From a virus, in the IMG/VR virus record IMGVR_UViG_2919005990_000001, positions 1-64,000 of that record: 64,000 bases of DNA, one strand, 5' to 3'. Of this stretch, positions 25,456 through 34,140 are shown in pieces. Made by a program: the position numbers and the translations under genes. The notes beneath the pieces are model-generated. The model was not told the origin of the DNA, searched no databases, and saw only the letters and a program-made list of their open reading frames with translations. The first letter of the stretch is position 1; each line of letters opens with the position of its first letter.

Positions 25456-25908
25456 TTATGCCCCGTTCATGCTGATCATTGGGGCATTTAGACTAATTTT
25501 TGCCTCAGACGTTAAATTGATTTGTGTGGCGCCGTGGATATTCACCACCTCGGATGCACTCACATCAATGGTTCGGGCTTTGGCCGTGATTTTGGCCCGG
25601 GCCAATAGTTCAATGTTTTCCTGGCGAATACGGCGCACGTCCACTACGGCCCCGGAACCATGTGAACGATAGGACCAAATCACCGGGCTACTCGGCACTC
25701 CCTGCAAAAAGAACACATAGCATTCTGCACCTGGCAGGATCTCGATTTCAGTGTCCTTGTCATCATGGCCGACCGGATAGGCAAAGGTGGCGGTAATGCC
25801 ATCATCCAGGCCATCTGTAACGGTCGGAATGCTGACCCGCGCCGTTCTGGCCTTCTTGTCATAACTTAAAATCGTAGCGGGATAATCGCCAAAAAAGCCC
25901 TTATTCAT
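25456..25908 (-). CDS. baseplate central spike (gpV/gp5 OB-fold-like)
   Basis: MNKGFFGDYPATILSYD...ILPGAECYVFFLQGVPSSPVIW fits the gpV pattern. ATG 25906-25908 makes an ATGA overlap with the hub gene, so the ORF-track N-extension is rejected. Confidence 0.5.
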   Translation of the reverse strand: MNKGFFGDYPATILSYDKKARTARVSIPTVTDGLDDGITATFAYPVGHDDKDTEIEILPGAECYVFFLQGVPSSPVIWSYRSHGSGAVVDVRRIRQENIELLARAKITAKARTIDVSASEVVNIHGATQINLTSEAKISLNAPMISMNGA

Positions 25909-26801
25909 AGACTGACCACCTCTGCAAGCCAAAATTTTGAAGCGGATACTGTGGGCCCACCCAGAACACCTGTATCAAAACGATGGGCCGCGGTTAAAAT
26001 TACATATTTCTTGTCTTTGACCTTGACCACATCACCGGCCATAAAATCCGGGTTATAGGTACGCATGACGGTGCCCCGGGTCACTAAAACGGTACTGAGA
26101 TTCTTTAAGCGTCTGGAATCCAGATTGGGATAAAAGGCCGTTTTTGCGCCTACTTTCAGCTCCCCTTCAATGGTCGAGCCGTCTGCATTTACGGTCTGAT
26201 AACTTGGGATTACATGATTTAAATGGGTTTGGTTTTTAATCCACTTGACTGCAGTGTCATCGAGCTCAAGTGCCGGATCTTGGTTCAGGATTTGTGACAG
26301 ACGTTTGACGATAATCTTGCCTTCATCTGAACAATAAATAACAGCGGCCTCTTCACCACATTTACGCGCAATTTCATAAGATGGGGTGGCCCCAACGGCG
26401 CAAAAATAATGATAAAGCGGGACGTCTTCCTTGACCTTTAACTTGTTACCACTGGCACGTAATGCTGCGCCAATCGTGGTTCCTTCCAGGTACGTTGCTT
26501 TTCTGGCCGGCTCGATTAATCGTTCACAGCCATTGAGCACCGCAATATAAGCGCCAATCGATAGCAGCTTATCATCTTTTAAAAATCCGGCGGTATCCAC
26601 AACACGTTTAACGATGATCAGTTCAAGATAATTATCACCGATTCGGATCACGCTTTTTTCTTGCAATTGCGCATCTATTTCCGGGGTTAATAACGTCTGA
26701 AATTCAAGCGTTACCGGGATCGGCAATAGATCAGAACGCAATACGCCACTGATAAACCGATCTGTACCAATGAACTGACCATCCGCTAACATGATGCGCA
26801 T
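25905..26801 (-). CDS. baseplate hub (gpD / Mu gp44-like)
   Basis: 298 aa, directly upstream of the spike and coupled to it. The assignment rests on size and position and is weak. Confidence 0.35.
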   Translation of the reverse strand: MRIMLADGQFIGTDRFISGVLRSDLLPIPVTLEFQTLLTPEIDAQLQEKSVIRIGDNYLELIIVKRVVDTAGFLKDDKLLSIGAYIAVLNGCERLIEPARKATYLEGTTIGAALRASGNKLKVKEDVPLYHYFCAVGATPSYEIARKCGEEAAVIYCSDEGKIIVKRLSQILNQDPALELDDTAVKWIKNQTHLNHVIPSYQTVNADGSTIEGELKVGAKTAFYPNLDSRRLKNLSTVLVTRGTVMRTYNPDFMAGDVVKVKDKKYVILTAAHRFDTGVLGGPTVSASKFWLAEVVSL

Positions 26802-26804
26802 CGA

Positions 26805-27245
26805 TTAACCCCCAAAATCTATAAAAAACGGCTCTTCGATAAATGCCTTTTTTTCGGCCTCAAGCTTGGCATCACTGTACTTTTGCGATGCTTCACTGAC
26901 GCTTAACCCGAACCGTTCACCACCCAGGGATGCGGTAGCCTCCATGCGCTGTGCCTGAATCAGTTCACAATGCGCCCGGATCACGGTTTCAAGTATGGCC
27001 CACTCTCCAAGTTCTACGCTCTGTGTACCGTCTAACGTGGTGCCTTGCCCTCGCGCCTGGGTAGCAGTAGTCACCCATCCCGCATACACCTTAAAATCAG
27101 CAATTAACGCCGTTTCAATGTCAGACGGCGTTAATGAATAACCGGATAGGCCATATTCATTGAACAATTGATCGGACAATGAAGCGATGGTGCCCGCTTC
27201 ACTGTCTTGATATTGTCCATGTTGATCAACTGGACTTAATCGCAT
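26805..27245 (-). CDS. hypothetical tail-module protein (146 aa)
   Basis: Coupled to the tube gene by a TAATG overlap. Confidence 0.6.
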   Translation of the reverse strand: MRLSPVDQHGQYQDSEAGTIASLSDQLFNEYGLSGYSLTPSDIETALIADFKVYAGWVTTATQARGQGTTLDGTQSVELGEWAILETVIRAHCELIQAQRMEATASLGGERFGLSVSEASQKYSDAKLEAEKKAFIEEPFFIDFGG

Positions 27246-27868
27246 TAGAAAATACCTTTCAGCGCATTCACTAAGGTATTGCCTGCAACCACGGTATTAA
27301 GCAGCTGCTGTGCTTTGCCCAGGATATTGTTTGCACCTGCAGCGGCACCAACGATCTGACCGATTTTATTAACGCTACCCAGGTCGCCATTTAGGCCGTA
27401 ATAGTTGTATTTCACAGACACTTGAACGCGCTGAATAGTGCTCACACCCTCAGAATCCACATCAATTGGCTCAAAGGTCAAAGCCACGTTGGTTAGGCGA
27501 TGGGCATGCATATAACGCCCCTGGCGGCCATCATAAACCCAACAATCAGTCTGGCCGCCGCGGGCCATGATCAATTCAGCAAATGCAGTGGCTTGTCCGA
27601 AATCGGTTTCAATGATCTGCCATTGCCCTTCGTAACGGGTTTTTGGTGCACCAGGCACGTGAAGCTGCGCACCACCGGCCAGGTTGAAGTCGGCGGCGTC
27701 ATTATTGGTAATAATGGGACGGTTGAAGTTACTAATCAGCAAGGCGATTTCTGGCATTGCATCCGGCACGATCATGCCGTTACTTTGCAGCATTGCTGCG
27801 CCTAAGCTTTGTGCTGCAATTGCATCGCCAGTAAAGTCGGCAACTGTGTTGATAAAGTTTTGCTGCAT
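27245..27868 (-). CDS. tail tube protein candidate (gp19-like)
   Basis: HRLTNVALTFEPIDVDSEGVSTIQRVQVSVKYNYY resembles the C-terminal tube motif. The 41-bp element lies 27 nt upstream. Confidence 0.45.
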   Translation of the reverse strand: MQQNFINTVADFTGDAIAAQSLGAAMLQSNGMIVPDAMPEIALLISNFNRPIITNNDAADFNLAGGAQLHVPGAPKTRYEGQWQIIETDFGQATAFAELIMARGGQTDCWVYDGRQGRYMHAHRLTNVALTFEPIDVDSEGVSTIQRVQVSVKYNYYGLNGDLGSVNKIGQIVGAAAGANNILGKAQQLLNTVVAGNTLVNALKGIF

Positions 27869-27895
27869 GGCTATAAATCCAGGTTTGGTTTATAG

Positions 27896-27936
27896 CCATT
27901 TTGAAGGGAAAAAAACGGCGGGTTTCTTGATATTCC
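27896..27936 (-). promoter_or_regulatory. 41-bp upstream element
   Basis: GGAATATC-AAGAAACCCGCCGTTTTTTTCCCTTC-AAAATGG, 27 nt upstream of ATG 27868. Confidence 0.65.
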
Positions 27937-27943
27937 TGAATTG

Positions 27944-30595
27944 TTAAACCAGGGAACGGTAAACTTTTCCTGCCTCAAACTGTGTGCTTAATTCAGATAC
28001 TTTCACAAGCTGATCATTTGCACCTGGTAGAAAAATCGATTCGGCCACTTTGCTTAAAAATGCCCGGGCCGATGCTTTATACGTGGCATTGCCCTCCTGG
28101 AAATTGGTAAAGATCTGATTGACCACATCAGCGAAAGGCACTTCGATAAAGTACTGTGCATACAGATTATTGGTCGTAGTCCACACCTTATCCCGCTTAT
28201 AGGCACTGATTACAGCATTATCAATTTGATCCAGTAGCTCTGCACTGTTATTGGCAATCGCTTTAACACGTGCATTCACAAAGATATTGGTTAATTTGTC
28301 TGCTTCAACGGGTATGCCGGTTACAGCATCTTCACCCCTAAAATTGGGGTTTTCCTCCCGGATCACAATGAACTCATATATTCGATTAACTGCGACTGGC
28401 ACCGGTGGCAAATCAGAATCGCGCAAGATCTTATTTTCCTCAAAGCGGCCAATAAAATCGTCCACCTTGATCAGCTGCTTTTCTGTATCGGCATGAAAAG
28501 CAGTCATAGCAACGGCGTCCAGGTAATCTTGTGCATGATCATCCGCTGCAGCCTGGGTAAACAGCTGCTCAAGCACATCGGCAAAGCTGATAAATTTCTG
28601 TAACGGTGGCTCAAGTGCAAGTACTTTGGCCCGGCCAAGCAACACACCCTCATAGCTGACTCCGCCCAGGTCATCCAGACAGGTCATACTTTCAAGATCT
28701 AAAGTACAAGTTACGCCGTTGGCAGTTTCATAAGCCCGTTTGGCTAGTTCTTTGGTTGCGTAGTACTCCCCGCCTTCGGTATGGGCCCAGTCCTGACCGT
28801 CTAATTCACCAATATCATCAGCGTCTTGTTCCGGATCAAGCGCAAGTACTTTGGGCCGGCCAAGTAAAGGCCCTTCAAAAATCACCGCATCCAATGCATC
28901 GATGCATGTCATGCCGTCAAGATCCAGGGTGCACGTTACGCCGTTGGCAAGCTCATAGGCACGTTTGGCTAGATCTTTGGTGGCGTAGTACTCCCCGCCT
29001 TCAGTATGGGCCCAGTCTTGATCGTCTACTTCACCAATCTCCACGCTTTGCCAGTAACTGACCTGCTTGTTATCTGTATCAATTGTCCAGTCTGTTGTTC
29101 CGGCCATCTGATTGACGGTATTTTTAAAGCCCTGCAGCTGCTGCATATCTGGATCTGACAGGGAACGATAGGCCGCATCGGACAAGTCCATATCAACCAG
29201 GCTGTCATAATAATCGGTGCCGTTGGTCTTGATCCCGCTATAGGCCACCTGGCGGCCAATCACCATGACTTGCGGCTGTGCCTTCCAATCATCAAACGGC
29301 GCGTTCGGGGCACGTAAATGCGGGCCGTCTGGTACTTCCATCGCTACATATTTTTGCATGAAAGTATCCAGGCTATCTTCAGATTCGATAAGCTCCTGTA
29401 GGGTATATTTAGCCCATAAAGGGTCACGGGCCACCAGGTCAGCAATATGCTTTTTCGCGGCATCGCTGTAGCTTGTAAGGCTTAGAGTGTCGGCAATCTT
29501 GTACAGGTAGGGTGCACGTTCATTCTGTGGCGATGCTACGTTATATTGAAGTACGCCGTCCTTTAAAAACCATTCCAAATAGCGCAAAACCGATGGCATA
29601 AACTCATTGCCGGTATAGTTGCCCCCGTTACTTAATCGCACCCGGTTTAGCATTACCTGGCCCGCTGCTACCATATCCCGAAACTCTGGCAGGAATGAGG
29701 CTGTAACCACTTTTAACGGGATCTCTGCCTCACTGGCAACCGCTGTGGGGTGAATGGCAAGAATCGCGTCATGAACCGCGGATAACACGCTGTATTCAGC
29801 AATCAGCATGGCTTTAGCCGCTGCCGCTCTGAGATTATGTGTTGCCGGGCCGTGATACATTTCCTGATAATTGGTCTTATACCCGGTATAACGGGCCGTA
29901 TCATTGGACAGGGTGTAATTTTTCAATACTCCCCACGGCGTCCAGGGAATGATCAATGATGATATTGATTCAAATTTCTGAAAATTGGCAACCATATAAG
30001 GCATGGCAACTACGGCCAAATCCATCGGACTGATTTCACCCAGGTCAAGGCCCGTGGCTACCCGGGCCACGATGTTCGCCGGCACAAGTTTTGCTACCAC
30101 CGGGGCAATTTCCAGGGCTTCATCGACATTGATATTCTGGCCCAGGGTGATGAAGATCCGGGACGTTAGGAATGAATTACGGGTGGGGCCTGTGGTGATC
30201 AGTCTAGGATAGTCTTTAGCCCGGTCAATACTGTGATAAAGCCGCTGAATTTGCCACTGATCACCCCAAATCATGCGCAATACAAACTCTACAAAAGCCA
30301 GGCCGCGCTTGGAGCCAATCGACTTCCAGTTCGCATAAATCACCCGCATGATGGCATCACTTGAATTGGCCCGCCGTAGTACGGCTAAACCGTCTTGCTT
30401 GGTAAAGCGTTCCACGACACTCGGACTGCCCAAATGTGGCATGCCATAGTGATGAATATCTTTGATCTGTTCGGCGAATAATTCATTAAAGACGTCCAGA
30501 AAAAGGCTTTTTAAGGCTTTTTCATCATCGCCAAAAGTCCATGACTGCTCATAAGGTGCAAGCAGGTTCATGTCTTGATTTACAGGATCGCCCAT
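27944..30595 (-). CDS. large baseplate/wedge-associated protein with an internal tandem duplication
   Basis: 883 aa. Two roughly 70-aa repeats (QDWAHTEGGEYYATK.LAKRAYE.ANGVTCTLDL..MTC) lie at nt 28607-29036. It overlaps the J-like gene by 16 nt. Confidence 0.55.
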   Translation of the reverse strand: MGDPVNQDMNLLAPYEQSWTFGDDEKALKSLFLDVFNELFAEQIKDIHHYGMPHLGSPSVVERFTKQDGLAVLRRANSSDAIMRVIYANWKSIGSKRGLAFVEFVLRMIWGDQWQIQRLYHSIDRAKDYPRLITTGPTRNSFLTSRIFITLGQNINVDEALEIAPVVAKLVPANIVARVATGLDLGEISPMDLAVVAMPYMVANFQKFESISSLIIPWTPWGVLKNYTLSNDTARYTGYKTNYQEMYHGPATHNLRAAAAKAMLIAEYSVLSAVHDAILAIHPTAVASEAEIPLKVVTASFLPEFRDMVAAGQVMLNRVRLSNGGNYTGNEFMPSVLRYLEWFLKDGVLQYNVASPQNERAPYLYKIADTLSLTSYSDAAKKHIADLVARDPLWAKYTLQELIESEDSLDTFMQKYVAMEVPDGPHLRAPNAPFDDWKAQPQVMVIGRQVAYSGIKTNGTDYYDSLVDMDLSDAAYRSLSDPDMQQLQGFKNTVNQMAGTTDWTIDTDNKQVSYWQSVEIGEVDDQDWAHTEGGEYYATKDLAKRAYELANGVTCTLDLDGMTCIDALDAVIFEGPLLGRPKVLALDPEQDADDIGELDGQDWAHTEGGEYYATKELAKRAYETANGVTCTLDLESMTCLDDLGGVSYEGVLLGRAKVLALEPPLQKFISFADVLEQLFTQAAADDHAQDYLDAVAMTAFHADTEKQLIKVDDFIGRFEENKILRDSDLPPVPVAVNRIYEFIVIREENPNFRGEDAVTGIPVEADKLTNIFVNARVKAIANNSAELLDQIDNAVISAYKRDKVWTTTNNLYAQYFIEVPFADVVNQIFTNFQEGNATYKASARAFLSKVAESIFLPGANDQLVKVSELSTQFEAGKVYRSLV
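28607..29036 (-). repeat. tandem duplication of about 226 nt inside the 883-aa gene
   Basis: gtagtactccccgccttc(g/a)gtatgggcccagtc occurs at 28761 and 28987, and the flanks are conserved. Confidence 0.75.
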
Positions 30596-32037
30596 AAACT
30601 TTCCCCCATGCCTTTTGATGTTTTGATATCAAAGGTGATACTGCCATCGCCGATATAAAGCCATTGGTTCGGCTTGATCGGGTTCTTGTCCAGGTCTTCA
30701 ATGTCAATTTTGAAATCAGATTGACGGTCTTGAAAGGCCAGGATAGAGCGGTTCATCAGCTTGTTAATTTCTTGCAAGTTAAAGCCGTTCGGTAGGTGAT
30801 AACTGGATGCCATCTGCTCTTTACCGTAGTTACTCAGTAACAGGCTTTTAATCTGCGCTTTCACGGTTTCCACATCATGCACCGGGGCCAATGTGCCTTT
30901 AATAAAGATCTTGAATTGACGCTGTTCCACGGCTACCAGGCGGGTACGCTCTCCGGCATACAGGCTGTCGGCCTTGCCAATATGCTGCCGGATCTCTTCA
31001 CCCATCAGGCTATATTCACCACCATTTTTAGGCACAAAGCTGACAAATAAATGATTGATATTTTCGACATTGGCGCCAAAGTACTGCTCATGGATGGATT
31101 CATTCCATACGTTGATATAGTGCGTTCGAGCCATAAACTTTTTACGGATCAGAAAGTCAAAGTTACCCAAAAAGACGGCGTTATCATCATGGGTCGGATA
31201 AGAGGCAAGTAGGCGCATTTGCTCAACACTCAAAGGATTGGCCCCCATACGCACCAAGCCGCCGATATCAAAACGCAAGCGCAAGCGGCTTTCTTGTGGG
31301 GTTAAAATCTCCTGGAAACTGGCCTCTTTTAAAATATTCGGATCAATATAGCCGTAGCTTTCTCGAATATTGATTGTCAGCACGGTATTGGCGGCCAGGG
31401 TACGGCCATACAGGCTTGAATCACCAAATTCTAAAGTAATGTCGCGTAATGAGTCGGTCTTTAAAATAATCGCATGATCCCCGGCCAGGGTATTCATCCA
31501 ACGGGTGACAAAGTTATAAATATTGTCATCCTGGTCGCGGACGTTGAGGGATACTAAAGACATATCCTCTTCAATCGGCAAGGTGAACTGATAAAACGGC
31601 GCACTTTCAACAATGGTACGCTCGATCTGGCGCACCTGGGATTGTTCGGCCAATACTCGGGTTTCTTTTCCGGCCAGGATCTCGGCATTTTGTAAAAAAC
31701 GCCACGGTCGGCCCTGCCCGTCTTCAAAGGTACGCCCTGACGCAATGGTCATCCGGCTATTGCCGTTATTCAGAATCGTGACATAGTGCTGACAAGGTTC
31801 GGCCAGGGGTAAAATTCCTTTATTACTGGCATCGGCCAAAATGGTCGCTTCACGGCTTTTAACAAAGGGCTCAAGCTCTGACACGTCCACATCGCGGCTC
31901 AGTTCGGCAAGCATGTGCTGCATGGCCTGAATGGGCGCCGTCACGGTCGGATCTCCGGCATTGTAACGTGCTGCGATTTCCGGGTACTGCTGCAAGGCAA
32001 TCGCGGTAACTTGTTGGATCTTACTTAATGACGGCAT
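30580..32037 (-). CDS. baseplate wedge protein (gpJ / gp6-like)
   Basis: REATILADASNKGILPLAEPCQHYVTILNNGNSRMTIASGRTFEDGQGRPWRF fits the Baseplate_J pattern. It follows the gp25-like gene. Confidence 0.5.
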   Translation of the reverse strand: MPSLSKIQQVTAIALQQYPEIAARYNAGDPTVTAPIQAMQHMLAELSRDVDVSELEPFVKSREATILADASNKGILPLAEPCQHYVTILNNGNSRMTIASGRTFEDGQGRPWRFLQNAEILAGKETRVLAEQSQVRQIERTIVESAPFYQFTLPIEEDMSLVSLNVRDQDDNIYNFVTRWMNTLAGDHAIILKTDSLRDITLEFGDSSLYGRTLAANTVLTINIRESYGYIDPNILKEASFQEILTPQESRLRLRFDIGGLVRMGANPLSVEQMRLLASYPTHDDNAVFLGNFDFLIRKKFMARTHYINVWNESIHEQYFGANVENINHLFVSFVPKNGGEYSLMGEEIRQHIGKADSLYAGERTRLVAVEQRQFKIFIKGTLAPVHDVETVKAQIKSLLLSNYGKEQMASSYHLPNGFNLQEINKLMNRSILAFQDRQSDFKIDIEDLDKNPIKPNQWLYIGDGSITFDIKTSKGMGESLWAIL

Positions 32038-32039
32038 GA

Positions 32040-32357
32040 TTAAGCCCCTAAAATATTGTCATCAACTCGGGTGGGAATCGGGATCAAAATGCTCGAAAGC
32101 TGAATAAAAAAGGCTTTCTTGTCATAACCCAGTTCTTGTTCAACCACACTGAAATCCGCATCGCTCAATTGTCTTAAAATCGGCATATCCTCACGCATCC
32201 ATTCAAGCAGTGTGTTGGCTGAATCCTCAGTCATGGGCTTATGCAGTAATTCGCGTAAATTGCGGCCATAGGTCACGCCGATATAGCCATTGGACGGGGT
32301 ATTCATCCAATGTTCGATCATGCGTTCTATGTCTGAAATCTTGAAAATGTAGTTCAT
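32040..32357 (-). CDS. gp25/GPW-like baseplate wedge protein
   Basis: PSNGYIGVTYGRNLRELLHKPMTEDSANTLLEWMREDM fits the GPW pattern. ATG 32355-32357 makes an ATGA overlap with the upstream gene. The ORF-track extension to 32531 is rejected. Confidence 0.45.
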   Translation of the reverse strand: MNYIFKISDIERMIEHWMNTPSNGYIGVTYGRNLRELLHKPMTEDSANTLLEWMREDMPILRQLSDADFSVVEQELGYDKKAFFIQLSSILIPIPTRVDDNILGA

Positions 32358-32707
32358 TCCTGGTTCACCCGTGTCACCACAAAAATGGCCGTGATGTAAT
32401 GCACCCTTTCCCGCGCCAGAAAGGACATGAGCACCAAGCCCACAATGGCCGTTTCCCATGACCATAAATTTGCCAGGTAGAGCAAACGCCCTGCAGCAAA
32501 GCCGACCAAAAGCACATACAGCGCGACCCATACCATTGCTTTGATATACGGCGTACTGTGTTTATTGAAAAAAAACTGAAAGCCCGGACGTTGCCGCTGT
32601 TTTAAGAATGCGGCACTCAGGCCACGGAATAAGGCAAAGCGGTTTAGGCCCCAATTAAGCAGGGCCATGCCGACAATGAAGGCATATAACATCATTAGAT
32701 CAATCAT
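32354..32707 (-). CDS. membrane protein (3-4 TM) embedded in the baseplate operon
   Basis: 117 aa and hydrophobic, with ATGA overlaps at both ends. Confidence 0.55.
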   Translation of the reverse strand: MIDLMMLYAFIVGMALLNWGLNRFALFRGLSAAFLKQRQRPGFQFFFNKHSTPYIKAMVWVALYVLLVGFAAGRLLYLANLWSWETAIVGLVLMSFLARERVHYITAIFVVTRVNQE

Positions 32708-33228
32708 GCGGCCATCCCTTCGATCTTGGTCAATTCTGCTGCTTTCTGCGCCGTATGGGCCCGGTGCTGTGCAATCTGATCGTCTAGCTCTTTTAGGACT
32801 TCACGGGCCTGTTGAATGCGTTTTTTCACCGTTAATGACGGCGCTTTCGTTTTCGGGATCATGACCCGGGCAGATTGACGTTTAATATTGAATTTTTCCT
32901 GATTGGCTTTAAGTTTTAAGCCCAAATCTTCCAGGGCCGCATTAAAGTCACTCATTTTGTCGTAATCCATCACTTTTGATAGCGGGATATTCTTGCCATT
33001 TAAAGCATGCTGAATTACATCGCCATCGGTACGAAATACCAGGGCAAGTGTCTGGCCCTCTTCAAAGGTGAATGTGACCTTTTTCGTGGCTACATCAGCC
33101 TTTTTAATCAGCTTGTCCACGGCAATATAAGCCACGGTCTGCTTGGTGGCTTTTTGCAAGGTTTCCTTAATTTCTAAAACAAAGGCATGTTGTTCACTTA
33201 ATTCGCCCAGTACAAACTTTTTCGCCAT
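32704..33228 (-). CDS. hypothetical Lys-rich protein (174 aa)
   Basis: ATG start. The 41-bp element lies 29 nt upstream. Confidence 0.6.
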   Translation of the reverse strand: MAKKFVLGELSEQHAFVLEIKETLQKATKQTVAYIAVDKLIKKADVATKKVTFTFEEGQTLALVFRTDGDVIQHALNGKNIPLSKVMDYDKMSDFNAALEDLGLKLKANQEKFNIKRQSARVMIPKTKAPSLTVKKRIQQAREVLKELDDQIAQHRAHTAQKAAELTKIEGMAA

Positions 33229-33257
33229 GAGATAGCACTCTGATTCAATTCATAGCC

Positions 33258-33298
33258 TCATTTTGACGGATTCATAAACGGCACTTTTTCGATATTCC
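33258..33298 (-). promoter_or_regulatory. 41-bp upstream element
   Basis: GGAATATC-GAAAAAGTGCCGTTTATGAATCCGTC-AAAATGA, 29 nt upstream of ATG 33228. Confidence 0.6.
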
Positions 33299-33301
33299 AA
33301 T

Positions 33302-33328
33302 AAACAAAACCCGCTTTATGCGGGCTTT
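33302..33328 (-). terminator. intrinsic terminator
   Basis: The minus strand reads AGCCCGCATAAAGCGGGTTTTGTTT. Confidence 0.6.
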
Positions 33329-33345
33329 GTTTAAATACCTGGTAT

Positions 33346-33376
33346 TGTTCATTTGAACATAATGTTCAATTGAACA
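33346..33376. promoter_or_regulatory. palindrome array (2 units)
   Basis: Units at 33346-33359 and 33363-33376. It starts 3 nt after the stop of ORF 33380-34123 and is followed by a terminator and then a 41-bp element. Confidence 0.55.
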
Positions 33377-33379
33377 ATT

Positions 33380-34123
33380 TTACAGTTTACGGGCTTTCGC
33401 CATAGAGCGTACACGCTTGCTGATCGCACTTGAAGATCCGGCCTTTTGACGCGCCTTGTTCAAAGCTGCACGTTGTTTCGGGCTTAGTTTTACCTTGCCT
33501 GACACACGTTTATTCACAATCGAAATTTTACCGTTACGGATCGCTTTCACGGCTTTATAAACCACTTTACCGAACTTGCCGGATTTGGTTGTGGTTTTGC
33601 CCAGGGATACGCCGTCCATAAACAGCTCATCGTCTTCAGCTTCACCATAAACAAACAGGTCAATCAGCTCGTCCAGGTCTTCACCTGTTGGCGTGTTGGA
33701 TTCTACAATTTCAGCGGCTGCTTCAATGGCTTCATCTGCCTCGGCACCTGCACTAAACATGGCTGAAATCATGCCGTCATCCACGCCCAAAGTTGCCAGG
33801 GCATCTTGCATGCATGCGATTACGATATCCAGTGATGTTGTATCAAGCTCAAGCTCTTCACCATCGCTATCTGTTGAAATACCGGCAATCAGTGCATCCA
33901 GGCGGTCGCTTGGCAATTCATCTTCAGCAAGATCATTTTCAATCACCGAACCTGCCAGGACAAAGATTGCGGCCAAAGCGGCTTTGCGTAGACTCTGGAT
34001 CTCAGAATTTAAAGCCGTAGCATTGATCGGGGATGCCTGTTCTACTGCAGCTGCTGCCTGGGCCGCCACGCTATCAAGCATCGGCTGATTCAATGGGTTT
34101 AAAAAATCGAACAATTGGTTCAT
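33380..34123 (-). CDS. acidic Ala/Asp/Glu-rich protein with a basic C-tail; internal/scaffold-type candidate
   Basis: 247 aa with an AAGGA SD. The N-terminal MLDS motif lies at aa 15-18. Confidence 0.55.
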   Translation of the reverse strand: MNQLFDFLNPLNQPMLDSVAAQAAAAVEQASPINATALNSEIQSLRKAALAAIFVLAGSVIENDLAEDELPSDRLDALIAGISTDSDGEELELDTTSLDIVIACMQDALATLGVDDGMISAMFSAGAEADEAIEAAAEIVESNTPTGEDLDELIDLFVYGEAEDDELFMDGVSLGKTTTKSGKFGKVVYKAVKAIRNGKISIVNKRVSGKVKLSPKQRAALNKARQKAGSSSAISKRVRSMAKARKL

Positions 34124-34140
34124 AACAAAAAATCCTTAAA

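Noticed and set aside
32358-32531. The 58-codon N-terminal extension of the gp25-like ORF (ORF track 32040-32531).
   Set aside because: The extension is Gly/Cys/His-rich and overlaps the membrane-protein gene. The internal ATG at 32355-32357 forms an ATGA coupling and starts a sensible protein.
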